From contig OU015569.1 of NCBI GenBank assembly GCA_907165135.1, forward strand, positions 3,968,001 through 4,032,000: DNA of 64,000 nt. The letters run 5' to 3'. The translations under genes were made by a program, and so were the position numbers. The notes under the pieces were generated by a model. That model was not told where the DNA came from, ran no database searches, and worked only from the letters and a program-made list of their open reading frames with translations. The first letter of the stretch is position 1, and every line of letters begins with the position of its first letter. Below, piece by piece: positions 62,910-64,000 of the stretch. Source of the DNA: Oikopleura dioica. Lineage: Eukaryota; Animalia; Chordata.

Positions 62910-64000
62910 TCAAGCAATGGCCCGCTTCATACAAATAAATGGAAGTCTTTGGCGGCAGTTTTCTGGTGAGAATTTGGAGCTCATTTCTAAATGCAATTTT
63001 AAGATTAGGCAGATTGTTTCTTCTGACCTAGTTTTCCACAGAAGAAGCTTTTATCGTGCGTTCGAGGCTTCGAATTCCAGAACAGTCTTCCAACTGGTTC
63101 CTTGGTGACCCACTGCCACTTCTCGGCGTCCATTTTAAGCCCTATCCAAAAAGCAGTTCTTTCTTCGAGCATGAGTGCTTTTGAAAGGCGTCGGCTGTGA
63201 ACGACAGCTAATGTCGAGTCCTTCAAAATAACTCAGATGCATTATAGCTATAAAATATAATTTCTCACCTGCTGCTTGCATTCGTAAAGAGCGTTCACCC
63301 AGTTTTCGGGTGTTTGCACCTTTTTGAAGCAGTTTCCTTTGATCATCTCCCACCCTGTTGGGCATGAAGGTGCTTTGTTTCTGTTTGAAGATTTAAGAGC
63401 ACTTCGAGGAGACGATTTCGGTATCCAAATATTTCCGTCGCATAAGTAAGTCGTTCCTCCTACATCATCGACGAATATTGCTCCCGAAATCGAGCTTTAA
63501 CAAAATTTAGACATTTTTTTAGAAATAAAAGCCGAGGAAGCTAAAAAGAATCTTTTGGCGCCCCCAGAAATAAATTGATAGAACTCGTAAATGAGTTCTG
63601 TTGCTAATTTTATTGTAAATGTCAGACATTTACAAAAAAATATCTCGTTGCGTATTAACATCGAACTCTTGCTGTTGATGTTTGAAAAGTAATTGACATA
63701 CGGCGTGCATGTAGTGAATTCTTCTTTAGAAGTGGCAATGTCCTTGCGCCCGGAGCTCGCCAAACGTGCTCGTTTTCGTCGAAGTGCCCAGTCACCGCGA
63801 TCTCAAGAATTATTACAAATCCGCTAATTTCGCTGTTTTTCGTGTGTACCTGGCACTACGAAATCTTCCGAGTAGGCATCCGACACTGTAGAGCCCGAAT
63901 GGTAAGTCCCTTTATCAGGGTCTATCACGGACGGATCTTCGATCACATGTTTTGTGGGCACCCGATTTCCAGCTCCTAAACAAGTGTAACTTCGGAAATG
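62910..64000 (-). CDS. C-type lectin domain protein (5' part outside the window)
   Basis: Spliced C-terminus CPTGWEMIKGNCFKK..NWVNALYECKQQ..FWIGLK..WQW..FWNSKP..FFCGKL..NCRQRLPFICMK* is a canonical CTLD. Stop at 62912-62910. Confidence 0.85.

Noticed and set aside
1-64000. rRNA genes, CRISPR arrays, intact transposase or reverse-transcriptase ORFs
   Set aside because: None seen. The window is eukaryotic and all mobile elements found are non-autonomous.

Overview
Compact, AT-rich animal genomic DNA with very short spliceosomal introns, many of them non-canonical (GA-AG, GG-AG, GC-AG). This pattern best fits the larvacean tunicate Oikopleura dioica (inference). Genes were reconstructed by hand across introns: CK1-alpha (-), HD-PTP/PTPN23 (+), a C2H2-like zinc-finger/acidic protein (+), a divergent transmembrane semaphorin (+), an 8-domain Ly6/uPAR-like GPI-type protein (+), a latrophilin-like adhesion GPCR (+), a large Ser/Arg-rich unknown protein (+), an SLC43-family transporter (+), a CIP4/FNBP1-like F-BAR protein (-), a C-type lectin running off the right end (-), and a few weak small-ORF genes. 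Non-coding items are four non-autonomous DNA transposons (one TA-TSD, two TTAA-TSD, one 576-bp foldback at a splice donor), a tRNA-derived Pol III-type unit, an intronic 58-nt hairpin and an interstitial TTAGGG array. Main observation: 10 of the 12 GA/GG-AG introns I could place carry complementary ends in a nearly fixed register, with the 5' arm pairing 3-4 nt upstream of the mirror position at the 3' end. This looks like TIR-type introner relics or a structure-assisted splicing mode. All gene models and alignments were made by eye and need computational confirmation.
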